Below the pieces are notes generated by a model. It worked only from the letters and a program-made list of their open reading frames with translations. It did not search any database and was not told the origin of the DNA. Shown here one piece after another: positions 37,962 to 48,417 of a stretch of DNA of 64,000 bases. How positions within the stretch are numbered: position 1 is the first letter of the stretch; each line of letters starts with the position of its first letter. The stretch lies in NCBI GenBank assembly GCA_049967475.1, contig JBMFSQ010000011.1:1-64000 (forward strand), in the 5' to 3' direction. The position numbers and the translations under genes were made by a program. The DNA is from Chthonomonadales bacterium. Its GTDB lineage: Bacteria; Armatimonadota; Chthonomonadetes; Chthonomonadales; CAJBBX01.

Positions 37962-39278
37962 TTAGGCGACGGCCTTTCGGATGTGGGTCCCGCCGCGGGC
38001 CAGCGTGATACGCACTCCTTCCGGGGACGATATAGACTGGGTGTAGTCTATTCCCAAGCAATGGTACACTGTGGCGGCAAGGTTTTCGGGCTTCACCGGT
38101 TCCGAGGCGGGCTCCATCCCGCGTGCATCGGAGGCCCCCACGACCATTCCTCCCTTTACGCCGCCGCCTGCCAGAACCACCGAGAAGACCCTCGGCCAAT
38201 GATCGCGCCCGGCGTCCTTGTTGACGATGGGGGTGCGGCCGAACTCCCCCATCACGATCACCAGTGTGCGCTTGAGCACTCCGCGCTCGTGCATGTCACG
38301 AATGAACGTGGCGAAGGACTGGTCGAACTGGGGCATAAGGCCATACCGCAGCGCGTTAAAAACGCCCACGTGGTTGTCCCAACCGCCGAGGGTCACGGTG
38401 ACAAAGCGAACGCCGGCCTCCACGAGCCTGCGCGAGAGAAGGAGCGACTGCCCGAAGGTGTGCCGGCCGTAGGCATTGCGAAGATCATCCTTCTCTTGAC
38501 TGAGGTCGAACGCAGCCCGCGCCTCGCTTGAGGAGATGAGGGCGTAGGCGCGCTCATAGAAAGCGTCCACGGCTTTGGCTCGGTCGCTGCCCTGCTCATG
38601 CTTTTTGAAAGCTGCATCCACCACATCCCGAAGGGCCCTTCGCCGGTCCAGCTTCTCCTGGGTCATACCCGGCGGCAGATCGAGGTCGCGCACCCTGAAG
38701 TTGGGCGATGCCGGATCGGCGCCCGGATAGAAGGGGTTGAGGGCGGCTCCGAGGAACCCGGCACCCATTTCGTCTGCAGGCTGCTGGATCGAAATATAGG
38801 GCGGGAGAGCGCTGCGGGGTCCCAGCAAGCTGGAGGCAACGGCGCCGTAACTGGGCACGGCAAACCCGGGCAGCGGCAGGAAGCCGGTAAGCATGTAATG
38901 CGTGCCGATCTCGTGGGCGGCCGCGGGGCTCGTTACACTGCGCACGATGCACAGCTTATCCATCTGTTTGGCAACATTGGGCAGATGTTCGCAAATCCGG
39001 ATGCCCGGCACGCTCGTGTCCATGGGCTTGAAGTCCCCTCGGATCTCCAAAGGGGCCTCCGGTTTGAGATCCCACGTGTCCAGATGACTCGGCCCCCCGG
39101 CAAGCCAAATGAGGACCGCGGAGTCGGCGGTCCCATTCGTCTCACCGCCATTTTCCCGTGTGGCCTCGGCCAATGCGTAGTACTTGGAAAGGGAAAGCCC
39201 CATGAAGCTGAGCACTCCCACCCGAAGGAAGTCCCTTCGGTGGAACTTTTCGCAGTCTCCTAGCCAGTTGTAATCCAT
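37962..39278 (-). CDS. DUF1501 family protein (Tat-like RRDFL)
   Basis: GGPSHLDTWDLKP, LSRRLVEAGVRFV, GWDNH, GEFGRTP, GRDHW. Confidence 0.93.
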   Translation of the reverse strand: MDYNWLGDCEKFHRRDFLRVGVLSFMGLSLSKYYALAEATRENGGETNGTADSAVLIWLAGGPSHLDTWDLKPEAPLEIRGDFKPMDTSVPGIRICEHLPNVAKQMDKLCIVRSVTSPAAAHEIGTHYMLTGFLPLPGFAVPSYGAVASSLLGPRSALPPYISIQQPADEMGAGFLGAALNPFYPGADPASPNFRVRDLDLPPGMTQEKLDRRRALRDVVDAAFKKHEQGSDRAKAVDAFYERAYALISSSEARAAFDLSQEKDDLRNAYGRHTFGQSLLLSRRLVEAGVRFVTVTLGGWDNHVGVFNALRYGLMPQFDQSFATFIRDMHERGVLKRTLVIVMGEFGRTPIVNKDAGRDHWPRVFSVVLAGGGVKGGMVVGASDARGMEPASEPVKPENLAATVYHCLGIDYTQSISSPEGVRITLARGGTHIRKAVA

Positions 39279-39339
39279 CGGGTCCTCCTGCCCTGGGATG
39301 CCTCCACCCCGGGGAGCACGCATGATGCAGGCAACGCGC

Positions 39340-41658
39340 CTAATGGTTGAAATAGAACTCCCTTGCGGTAATGAGCGCCCACAAAAGGTCTTGGGCGCGC
39401 TCTCGTCGAGCAGCCTCCAGGTTCTGCGCTGCTTTGGGCCCCGTCACCGCCTGCCCGGAAGCATTCCCGAGTCCCGCGGGCGAGCTGCTCGCAACCCGCA
39501 CCAACCGTTGGGACGTCGCAGGCCGTGCCGGCGGTTTGGCGGGGGTCCGGACTGTGTCGCCACGCAAGACCCGCCCTGCCCGCGCCACCTCGGCAGCGGA
39601 AGGCGTGCGGCACAGGGTGCGCAGGTAGAGCGCCTTCACCAGCTCGTCATCCCCGTGCGTCTCCTTCAACACCTCACCTACCGTGGCGCCGTGCTCGATC
39701 TTGTTCTCGATGTAGGGCGAGTTGATCATCATGAGCGTCTGCACGAGGTTCGGCTCGAGCTTCGGATTGATATCGGCCAGGAACTCCCGGTGGGATTGCC
39801 CGAATGCGGTAAGGAATTCGTTGGACACCGGAAGCATCGCCTGGATGGCGCGGTCCCGATCTTCGAAGGGGCTGAAGCGCTCATCCGCACCCGTGGCTTG
39901 GTTTACCACGTCCAGCAGAACCTGGGCGGGCATGGGCTTGGGTTGATATCGGGAGAAGAAGCGGTCATCCAGACGGTTGGACGCATTAGGCACAGAGCTG
40001 AGCTGATAGGTACGGGACGTGAGGATGAGGCGCACGAGCGCGCGGACGTTGTACCCGCTGCGCACGAACTCCGTCGCCAGAGCTTCCAAGAGGCCGGGCA
40101 CCGAGGGAGGCGTCGTCTGGCGCATGTCATCCACGGGCTGGATGATGCCCCTCCCGAAGTAGTAGGACCAGATGCGGTTGACGGCGGCACGCGCGAAGAA
40201 AGGGTTCTTCGGGCTTACGAGCCAATCCGCCAGTTCGCCGATCATATCATCGGAAGGCGGCGCAGGCTGCCCGTCCCCTAAAAACGTCGGCTGGGCAATC
40301 TTGCCCCGGTTGCGGCCTACCACGGACTGGTTTCTCAGTTGTGCATTGTTTTCCGGCACGATCACCATCTCGTCGTAGAGGCGCCCGCCGCGGGCACCTA
40401 CCTTCGCGCAGAATGCCGAGAAGTTCCAGTAATCGTCGGTAGTCCACCGGTCGAAGGGGTGCTTGTGGCAGCGCGCACAGGCCATCCGCACGCCCAAGAA
40501 CGCCTGGCCGATCGTCTCCATGCGATCGTTGGGCTCGCGTTCTATCCGGTAGAAGTTGGCGGGGCCCACCTGGTAGGTAGAACCCTTGGCCGTAAGGATC
40601 TCTCGTACGAAACGGTCCCAGGGTTTGTTTTCCTTTACGCTTTTCCAGATCCATTCATAGAATAGTGCTGCGGCTCGGTCCGCCAGGCTCCCGTTGTTGC
40701 CCAGCCGGCGCGGGTTCACCCGGAGCAAGTCGCACAGCCGCAGTGTGTAAAGGTCTGTAAACTGAGGGTCCGCAAGAAGGCGGTCCACCAGCTTCGTGCG
40801 CTTGTTGGCATCGCGGGAACTGACGAATTCCTCGATCTCGTCGGGGGTGGGCAGCCGCCCCAACGTGTCCAGCGTTACACGGCGGAGGAATTCCTCGTCC
40901 GAGCTTAGGCGCGAGGGGAGCACGTTCAGCCGGTGCAAGTTTTGGAATACGAACCGGTCTATGAGGTTGCTTTGCGGGAGAGAGGGATAGGGTCCGCGGC
41001 GCGCCTGGGGGACAGTAATGAAGGAAGCCGCCACTGCGCCAAGATACCGGCCCAGCACCGCCCCTCCGCCCCACCGCTTAGCCTGCACCCAGCCTTCGGG
41101 CGTAACGCTCAAAACCGCGTCGTTGGTGGATTGAAGCACCGCCTGAGCGGTAACATCCCGCACGCTGCCATCCGTGAAGCGCGCAACGGCGCGGAGCTTT
41201 TGCTTCTGCCCCACCCGCGCGAAGGCCACGGTGCTGGGAGCAAGGGAGAAGGACACGAGGCGGGGATCCTTTGGGCTGAAGGGAGCGCCGGCCCGGATCC
41301 ATCTTAGGATGGTGCGGTATTGGGGCGAACCTACCGCAAAGCGCTGGCCTCCGCCGTGGGGCACCTGCATCGTCGGCTTGAGGAGGATCAGGCTCTTTTC
41401 GGGAGCAGCGAAGTTGACGCGGCGCCCGCGACCGCCGTACACGATGGGCTCGTAATCATCCTCGGGGCTCAACGTTAGAAGCGAAAGCTGGAAGCCGCCC
41501 CTCCCACCGAACTTGCCGTGGCAGGCGGCCACAGAACAACCGCTCTTGTCCAGGATGGGTGCGATGTCGCGCAGGAATTCGGGTGCGCCGTGTTGGGCCT
41601 CAACCCGGATTGCACAGAACGCAAACAGAACCCCTAGAACCCAAGCGGAAGGACGCAT
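39340..41658 (-). CDS. DUF1549/DUF1553 domain protein with Ig-like domain
   Basis: CSVAACHG, EFLRRVTLDTLGRLPT, CARCHKHPFDRWT, NPFFARAAVNRIW, EFYFNH. Confidence 0.93.
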   Translation of the reverse strand: MRPSAWVLGVLFAFCAIRVEAQHGAPEFLRDIAPILDKSGCSVAACHGKFGGRGGFQLSLLTLSPEDDYEPIVYGGRGRRVNFAAPEKSLILLKPTMQVPHGGGQRFAVGSPQYRTILRWIRAGAPFSPKDPRLVSFSLAPSTVAFARVGQKQKLRAVARFTDGSVRDVTAQAVLQSTNDAVLSVTPEGWVQAKRWGGGAVLGRYLGAVAASFITVPQARRGPYPSLPQSNLIDRFVFQNLHRLNVLPSRLSSDEEFLRRVTLDTLGRLPTPDEIEEFVSSRDANKRTKLVDRLLADPQFTDLYTLRLCDLLRVNPRRLGNNGSLADRAAALFYEWIWKSVKENKPWDRFVREILTAKGSTYQVGPANFYRIEREPNDRMETIGQAFLGVRMACARCHKHPFDRWTTDDYWNFSAFCAKVGARGGRLYDEMVIVPENNAQLRNQSVVGRNRGKIAQPTFLGDGQPAPPSDDMIGELADWLVSPKNPFFARAAVNRIWSYYFGRGIIQPVDDMRQTTPPSVPGLLEALATEFVRSGYNVRALVRLILTSRTYQLSSVPNASNRLDDRFFSRYQPKPMPAQVLLDVVNQATGADERFSPFEDRDRAIQAMLPVSNEFLTAFGQSHREFLADINPKLEPNLVQTLMMINSPYIENKIEHGATVGEVLKETHGDDELVKALYLRTLCRTPSAAEVARAGRVLRGDTVRTPAKPPARPATSQRLVRVASSSPAGLGNASGQAVTGPKAAQNLEAARRERAQDLLWALITAREFYFNH

Positions 41659-41899
41659 AACACCACCCACAACCTGCCGCCCTACTGCCGAACCTGCGAC
41701 CCTGTACTTGGAGGGACGCCATCAAGGTTTCGTTGGTTCGCTCGTTTTTGCGCGGAACAAGTTATCTTCCTTCCGGCGCGCCGACGGTGCAGGTCCCCAA
41801 TTGCGCAACCAGACGGCTTATTATCTCACAGTCCTTCCGTTCTGGCAAGAGGTAATCTCTGTTATAATCGGGAATTCTTCCTCCTCTCCACGCTTCCTC

Positions 41900-43696
41900 T
41901 CAAACATCTACCAATCCGGGATACTCGTGGCTGCCGGCTCCTAAGAAACCTTCACTTCGGCCTTGCGGATCGGGAGTGATCCAGAATGAGTAAAGGCTGC
42001 CGCTGATCACATGAAACTTGAGGCGCACAGTTCTGCCGGCGAGGCGCCCAAGATCCGGATCTCCGAACCAGCGCACGCGCGCGCTGCAGTGGTCTCCTTC
42101 CACGGGGACACAGCGCCAGGCGGCGAAGGGCGGTATCACGCGTCCCTGCTCGTCCAGCACTTCCACCAGCAACTGGCCTCCCGGGCGCCAACGCCTGCGG
42201 ATGATACCGCCTCCGCCCCTTCCTATAACAGCGTCCGCCTCGGCATCCGTACCCGTTGTGGAGGCGCCGAGGATCGGAACCCAACTTGGCCCGCCGCTCC
42301 CTAGGGCCGCATTCACAAACAGGTAGCGCCCTCGGAAGCGAAGCGGGCGGGTCGTCAGCACTCCATAGCCCCGGACGGCATCCATGGAGGCAAAGCCGTC
42401 CCGCCGGAGGCTCGCCAGTCCTGTGCTCACGACGCCACTTTCCGGGGTTCCAGGGATGCCGGCCCGGCCGCTTAGGAAAAACCAGAGCCGGTCGCGCGTC
42501 ACGATACAGCATCCTCCCGCGGGCTGCACGTTCCCCCAGTTCCAATCACCCGCCCGCTCGGACACCCCGGCAAACGTGGCGCGCGATGTTCGGTCCCAAT
42601 GGAAGCCGTCGCGGCTGAACGCAACAACAACCTCATTGATCTTGGGGCGATCCGCAGGCTGACCGCGCCAAACGACCAGCAGACCGAGCATCACACTCTC
42701 GTATGCCACCTGCGACATGTTATAGAGTTCGCACTCCGTTGCGATGCCGGGTCTTGGAAGATCCAGCCGGTCGGCATCTATCCAGCGCGCAAGCTCGCCG
42801 GCCCGCGGCCAGTTCGGCCCGAAGGACCACCACGGACCGTTCACAGGGTCGCGGTTCTCCCAATACATGCGCACGCGCTTCCCCCAAGGCCAATACTGTT
42901 TGACGCTGTAGATCCATCGCTTCCGGAAGGGGTTCCATGCCACGCTGGTCGCATCGCCGCAGGCTGTTGCTGCCGTAGCGGCCGGCTCCCAATGCACGCC
43001 GTCCGGCGATATGAGGGTGTTGAAGGTCCAGTCGTCGCCATAGAAGCGGCGCTCCACTTTGAAGAGCTTGTACCGGCGCGTGGCGTCGGGATCGAAGGGA
43101 TCGCGCCAGATGGTCCGATCATCTACCCGGTAGGGAACCTGGTGCACAATGTTGGTTCCCGGCACGACATCCAGGGCGGGCTTCCTCCAGTGGATCAAAT
43201 CCTCGGACACAGCCATGCAGGTGTCTCGAAGGTTTCCGGCCAGGTACCACATTTTGTAGAGGCCGTCGTCGGGATCGAACCAAACGCCATCTATATACGG
43301 CGCAGCGAAGGTGCCATTGGCTTCCCACGGCTCGTCGGGTTTCAGCACCGGGTTCCCGGGATACCACTCTGCAGCGTGGAACGTGCGGGTTAGGTTCGTC
43401 CGTTCAATGAGGAAGTCATCTACAAAGAGCTGCCGGCCTACGTCTATAAGGATAGGGTTCGGCGGATTGACGATGTAGGGCACCGGGATCGGCTCGCCGT
43501 CGAAGGCGACGTCCGCCGGCGGCCAAACCGGAGGCAGGACGATGCCGTTATAGAGCGTTTCCGGCAGGCCTCCCTGGGCTTCCGCCGGTGCGAAGCTTCC
43601 TTGAAGGACGGAGGCTGCCAGGGTGGCGCCGGAGACCAACAAAAACTCGCGGCGGCTGAGAGTGCCGCGCCGGGGTGATAGGTCATTGCGGTTCAT
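41900..43696 (-). CDS. Tat-secreted glycosyl hydrolase (GH32-like beta-propeller)
   Basis: SRREFL Tat motif, RQLFVDDFLI, SPDGVHW, SRDGFHW, LRRDGFASM. Confidence 0.8.
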   Translation of the reverse strand: MNRNDLSPRRGTLSRREFLLVSGATLAASVLQGSFAPAEAQGGLPETLYNGIVLPPVWPPADVAFDGEPIPVPYIVNPPNPILIDVGRQLFVDDFLIERTNLTRTFHAAEWYPGNPVLKPDEPWEANGTFAAPYIDGVWFDPDDGLYKMWYLAGNLRDTCMAVSEDLIHWRKPALDVVPGTNIVHQVPYRVDDRTIWRDPFDPDATRRYKLFKVERRFYGDDWTFNTLISPDGVHWEPAATAATACGDATSVAWNPFRKRWIYSVKQYWPWGKRVRMYWENRDPVNGPWWSFGPNWPRAGELARWIDADRLDLPRPGIATECELYNMSQVAYESVMLGLLVVWRGQPADRPKINEVVVAFSRDGFHWDRTSRATFAGVSERAGDWNWGNVQPAGGCCIVTRDRLWFFLSGRAGIPGTPESGVVSTGLASLRRDGFASMDAVRGYGVLTTRPLRFRGRYLFVNAALGSGGPSWVPILGASTTGTDAEADAVIGRGGGGIIRRRWRPGGQLLVEVLDEQGRVIPPFAAWRCVPVEGDHCSARVRWFGDPDLGRLAGRTVRLKFHVISGSLYSFWITPDPQGRSEGFLGAGSHEYPGLVDV

Positions 43697-43871
43697 CACA
43701 AGCTCCTGAATAGACGGCCACGGGGCGATAGTGCCGGAAACCAGAAGGGAAGCGCCTATCCGGCTGCCGACAACAGTATCGGAAGGTTTCCACGCAAACT
43801 GAACAGGTGTCGCCTGCCTTTGCGGCGCGGCCGCAGGGCTAGCCGAGCGTTTGTTGGAGATTGGAGCATCT

Positions 43872-44684
43872 GTGGGATTGCGATCTCTTCGCATCACCGA
43901 GGTTCGGTGCAAAACGATCCTCAACCGCAGCGTTCAGGGCTTCGCCGACTACACCCTGAATGCTTACCAAGGTTGCGGCTTCGGCTGTTCGTACTGTTAC
44001 GTTCCCGTCTTGCGGCGGCGCCATGGCCTTCAGGACGAAGCCGCCTGGGGCGAGTGGGTGCTGGTAAAGGTGAATGCACCCGACGTTCTGCGCCGTGAGA
44101 TGTTGAGGATCCCTCCGGACAAGCGCCTTGCAATAGGCACGGCGAGCGATGCATGGCAGCCTTTGGAGAAGCGCTACCGCATCGCGCGCCGCATCCTGGA
44201 GGAGCTGTCCTATTACCCCAACCGGGTCAGCATCCTCACGCGGTCGCCGCTTCTGCTCAGAGACATTGACGTCCTCCAGAGAATGGCCAACGTGAGCGTG
44301 GGCGTGTCCCTCCCGGCAGTAGACGAGCGTGTCCGGCGCATCTTCGAACCCTTTGCCCCGGCTCTTCCGAGCCGCTTTTACCTGATCCGCAAGCTGGTTG
44401 CCGCAGGATTGCGGGTGTCTATCTTCTGGTGCCCTATCCTCACTGGAGTGTGCAACACTCCGCTGATGGCAGAAGCGGTGATGCGCCAAGCAGCGGCGCT
44501 GCATGTAGACCGCGTCGTGTGCGGTACCCTCAATTATGGGAACGAGCTGGGCCGGCCCTACCGCGAGCGCGTGGAAGAGTTCCGGCGCCGGTTCGGCGTG
44601 AAGGGGCCGCTCCTCGCACCGGCTGCCATGGCTTCAGAGGTTAGCAAATGGGCCAACGTATATGGAGTGAAAGCCTCGTTGTGA
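43872..44684 (+). CDS. Radical SAM protein, spore photoproduct lyase-like
   Basis: YQGCGFGCSYCY, GTASDAWQPLE, ILTRSPLLLRD. Confidence 0.88.
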   Translation: MGLRSLRITEVRCKTILNRSVQGFADYTLNAYQGCGFGCSYCYVPVLRRRHGLQDEAAWGEWVLVKVNAPDVLRREMLRIPPDKRLAIGTASDAWQPLEKRYRIARRILEELSYYPNRVSILTRSPLLLRDIDVLQRMANVSVGVSLPAVDERVRRIFEPFAPALPSRFYLIRKLVAAGLRVSIFWCPILTGVCNTPLMAEAVMRQAAALHVDRVVCGTLNYGNELGRPYRERVEEFRRRFGVKGPLLAPAAMASEVSKWANVYGVKASL

Positions 44685-44837
44685 TCGCTGCGATCATGGC
44701 TCGCGGAACTCCACTCCGCAACAGCCCGGTATACAACCGGGACAGCTCAGGTTCGCGTGCATTCCACCCTTAACTGGAAACTGGCGGACCAGTGTGTCCC
44801 TAGGTTTGCATTCTTCGTGCCGGGAGGAACCCAAGTC

Positions 44838-47138
44838 GTGTGGTTTCGTTACGGAAGAACCGCAATCGTGCTGCTGTGCCTCGCCGCAGGGCCGTGGGCA
44901 GGTGCTCAGATCGGCGGCGGGAGATACCTTTCCCCATCGGCTGAGGTGCAGGGTCCCGTCAAACCCGGAGCGCCATTCACGCTGGTGGTGCGCCTCAACA
45001 TAGCCGAAGGTTATCATATCCAGGCGGCCAATGCAAAGGAGCCGTATATTCCCACCAAAGTGGATGTGACGGCTCCTCCGGAGTTCCGGATAGGGGCTCC
45101 TGTTTATCCGGCTCCGGCGCAGGCGGAAGTTGCAGGCGAGCGTATTCCCGTATTCGAGGGTCAGGCCCCGGTGCGCATCGCCGTGACCCCTCCAAAGGAC
45201 GCCCGGGGGAGAGTTCGCCTCAAGGTGGCCATCCGTTACCAGGCCTGCAACGCCCAGAGCTGCTTTCCGCCGGCTACCGCCGACACGGAAACCGAGGTAG
45301 ACTTGGGCGGCGCGCATGCGGCGCCGACGCCGAAGCCCCCTGCGCGTTCCGCACCTCTCCTCCAGTCACCCCGTGTAGGCAACACACCAGCTCCTGCCCA
45401 AGGCTCCCAACAGGGTCTGGAACAGCCGGCCGAGGTCTCTTCAAAGCCGGAGGATGTAGTCCAGGGGAAGCACGCTTCCCTCGTTGTTCGTTTGCCCCAC
45501 CGCATCGAGCCGGCGAGCCCCTTCATTATCGAGGTGCAAATCAAACTCCCCGCGGGCATCCACATCCAGGCCCATCATCCCGCAGAAGGCTTCATACCCA
45601 CCACGGTGAAGGTTACGGCGCCTTCGGGTTTCAAAGTGTCGGAACCCGTGTACCCACAGGCCGTAGCCGTCCAACTGGCAGGCCAGACGATCCCGGTTTA
45701 CGAAGGAAATGTGGCGGTCTCCGTACCTGTGACGGCGCCGGCCCGAATTCCCGCCCCCATGGAATTCAGGGTGAATGTGCGTTATCAGGCGTGCAACGCA
45801 GTGTCTTGCTTCCCGCCGGAGGAGCTTGAGTGGAGCTCCTCGCCGCCATCTTCGCGGGCACCCCGCGCAGAAGGCCCGGATGCTGCCGGCGTTGCTTCTG
45901 CTGCGGGCATCACGATCAGCAAGATCGAGGAGTACGTGCCTCCTGAGCGGTTCATAGCATTCCTTAGAACCGGTAAGGCGGGCGGCGAAGGCGGCGCACT
46001 GCAAGGATTGCTCAGTCGCAGCCTCATTCTGGCGCTGCCGGTGATCTATCTTCTGGGACTGGCCCTCAACCTAACGCCATGCGTGTACCCCATTATCCCC
46101 ATCACCATCAGCTACTTCGGGAGCCAGGCCAGCCGGCAGGGTTACCGGCCCTTCGCCCTGGCCCTCTCGTATGTGTTGGGCATGGCGGTGATGTACTCCA
46201 CGCTGGGCGTCGTCGCGGGAATGACAGGAAGCCTCTTCGGATCGCAGCTCCAGAACCCATGGGTGCTGGCCGGCTTTGCTGTGGTGATGTTTGCTCTGGC
46301 CCTCTCCCAATTTGACCGCAGGGATGGTACGCCCATTTGGGAAATCCAACTTCCCGGCGCCCTCCGCGGCAAAGCAACGGGCCGAAGCGGGCTCGCAGGC
46401 GCCTTCCTCATGGGGGTCCTCGTAGGAGTGGTGGCAGCGCCGTGCATCGGGCCGGCGGTGGTGGCTCTTTTGCAGTGGGTGGCCGCCGAGCGCAGTCCTG
46501 CCCTGGGCTTCGCAAGCTTTCTTGCCCTCTCACTGGGTCTCGGAACGCCCTACCTGGTCCTGGGCACTCTATCAGGTTCCCTTCAGCGCCTGCCGCGATC
46601 GGGAGAATGGATGGTGGGAGTAAAACACATCTTTGGGATGCTTCTGTTGTGGATGGGCTTCTACTACCTCCAGCCGGTTCTCAACACCTGGCGATCCGGC
46701 CTGGGCGACATTGCCCTCGCTGCGACCACCGCTGTCGCCGGGGTCTATCTGGTAGTGGACCGCGCCGGCAGCCGCGCCAGGACTTTCAACCTCTTGCGCC
46801 GAGCAATCGGCGTGGCAGGCATCGGATTGGCCGCCTGGCTTCTTCGTCCGGCCCCACCCGAGGCAATCCAGTGGAAGCCTTATTCCCAGGAGGCAATAGA
46901 CCAGGCGCTGGCGAACCATCAGAAGGTGCTCGTGGACTTTTCGGCATCCTGGTGCGCCGCCTGCAAGGAGCTGGAATACAAAACGTTCAGTGATCCGCAA
47001 GTAGCCCGGGCCGCATCTTCCTATATGGCTTTCCGCGCTGATATGACGGACTGGTCCGGCGCCTCGGCTCAACAACTCAAGAAGCGCTACAACATCGTAG
47101 GACTGCCCACCGTGGTGCGTCTCGTGCCGGCAGAATGA
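44838..47138 (+). CDS. dsbD: Thiol:disulfide interchange protein DsbD with a duplicated N-terminal domain
   Basis: Two YQACNAxSCFPP domains, LNLTPCVYP, AAPCIGP, C-terminal WCAAC thioredoxin. Confidence 0.88.
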   Translation: MWFRYGRTAIVLLCLAAGPWAGAQIGGGRYLSPSAEVQGPVKPGAPFTLVVRLNIAEGYHIQAANAKEPYIPTKVDVTAPPEFRIGAPVYPAPAQAEVAGERIPVFEGQAPVRIAVTPPKDARGRVRLKVAIRYQACNAQSCFPPATADTETEVDLGGAHAAPTPKPPARSAPLLQSPRVGNTPAPAQGSQQGLEQPAEVSSKPEDVVQGKHASLVVRLPHRIEPASPFIIEVQIKLPAGIHIQAHHPAEGFIPTTVKVTAPSGFKVSEPVYPQAVAVQLAGQTIPVYEGNVAVSVPVTAPARIPAPMEFRVNVRYQACNAVSCFPPEELEWSSSPPSSRAPRAEGPDAAGVASAAGITISKIEEYVPPERFIAFLRTGKAGGEGGALQGLLSRSLILALPVIYLLGLALNLTPCVYPIIPITISYFGSQASRQGYRPFALALSYVLGMAVMYSTLGVVAGMTGSLFGSQLQNPWVLAGFAVVMFALALSQFDRRDGTPIWEIQLPGALRGKATGRSGLAGAFLMGVLVGVVAAPCIGPAVVALLQWVAAERSPALGFASFLALSLGLGTPYLVLGTLSGSLQRLPRSGEWMVGVKHIFGMLLLWMGFYYLQPVLNTWRSGLGDIALAATTAVAGVYLVVDRAGSRARTFNLLRRAIGVAGIGLAAWLLRPAPPEAIQWKPYSQEAIDQALANHQKVLVDFSASWCAACKELEYKTFSDPQVARAASSYMAFRADMTDWSGASAQQLKKRYNIVGLPTVVRLVPAE

Positions 47139-47163
47139 GGCCTCAGCACCCGAGGAGGTTACT

Positions 47164-48357
47164 CTGGATCCTTTCGCGATACCCGCTACAGCCCAGCCAG
47201 ACGGGCCCGTGATCCCGGTGGGAGGCTTCGGCACCGGAAGCTTCTGCATCATGCCTTCGGGCGAGTTCCGGCGCTGGCATCTCCATCCGGGCGAGCCGGT
47301 TCGGGATGAAGACGTGGCAGGGGATCGCTTCCACGTTTGGATCAGCGGCTCAGATGCCTCATTGGCGGCCACGATCGGCCACGCAGAAGGGCCCTATGCC
47401 TTTGCCGCCCTCGAGGGAATGCAAACGGAACGGCACGTACTCTTCCCCCTCACGTGGATGCGGTACAAGCACCCCGCCCTGCCGGTGCAGATGCAGAGCA
47501 TTCGTTTTTCGCCCGTGATCCCCGGTGCCCTTAGAGAAGCTTCGCTTCCTGTTCATGTAATTGTTTGGCGTGTTCTCAACTGCTCCCCGCACCTGGTGGA
47601 ATGCTCCCTCATGCTCACCCTCACCTGCCGATGGCCCCACACCCCGCCCCAGGTGAGCTTCGATTTGCAGCATGACAACCTCTGCATCACGGGTGCCCTT
47701 GGGGACCCTAACCACTGGGATCGCATAGCCGTTGCGGTGCCCGACCTCCACAGCGAAGGCGTATACCTACAAGGCATCGAGCCGTGGAACGCCCAGGGCC
47801 CTGCGGAGGAGCTGTGGACCGATTTCGCCGAAGACGGCGAGCTGGAACCCCAGCTTGCAAAGTTTGCAGAACCCGGAGCCGCCGCTTGGGTTAAGTTCGC
47901 TTTGGAGCCCGGAGAAGCCAAAGATCTTCCCTTCGTCATCATGTGGCATCTGCCGATATACCGGAGCGGCCCCGCAAAAGGCGCACCCCGGTATTACACC
48001 CAATTCCTCAGGAAGCGCCGGCCCGACAACGCCGTGGTATGGTTGGCCGAAGAGGCTCTGGAAGACTTCGGCCAGGAATGGCCCAACTGGCGCTACTGGC
48101 TCTTCCAGATCATGGATTGGCATGCGTCGCTCGCGGGTGACCCCCGCTTCCCGCTGGGGAGTCCTGGGGCCGCCCTGAACCTGCTCGCGGCCCTCCTCGA
48201 AGGCCACACGGTATGGACCGACGAAGATCGCTTCCACATACTGGCGAACGGAAAAGACGAGCTACAGCGCCTCGCCCGGCTGCGCCAGAGCGGCCTTCCG
48301 ATCCACCTGATGTGGCCGCACGTCGCCAAGGCCCTCGAAGCCATCGCCGCTGGTTGA
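47164..48357 (+). CDS. GH116 N-terminal domain-like protein
   Basis: PVGGFGTGS...GEFRRWHLHPG, FSPVIPG...ASLPV, LPFVIMWHLP; probable CTG start at 47164, otherwise GTG 47209. Confidence 0.7.
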   Translation: MDPFAIPATAQPDGPVIPVGGFGTGSFCIMPSGEFRRWHLHPGEPVRDEDVAGDRFHVWISGSDASLAATIGHAEGPYAFAALEGMQTERHVLFPLTWMRYKHPALPVQMQSIRFSPVIPGALREASLPVHVIVWRVLNCSPHLVECSLMLTLTCRWPHTPPQVSFDLQHDNLCITGALGDPNHWDRIAVAVPDLHSEGVYLQGIEPWNAQGPAEELWTDFAEDGELEPQLAKFAEPGAAAWVKFALEPGEAKDLPFVIMWHLPIYRSGPAKGAPRYYTQFLRKRRPDNAVVWLAEEALEDFGQEWPNWRYWLFQIMDWHASLAGDPRFPLGSPGAALNLLAALLEGHTVWTDEDRFHILANGKDELQRLARLRQSGLPIHLMWPHVAKALEAIAAG

Positions 48358-48417
48358 GATGCGCCGCCTGCCGCGATGATAACCGGTGCACCTTTTGCCG
48401 CTGCCAGGAGAGGTACC

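Noticed and set aside
41860..41868. TGTTATAAT extended -10 pointing antisense into the GH32-like gene
   Set aside because: No good -35 and no other support; may be chance in an AT-richer intergenic region.
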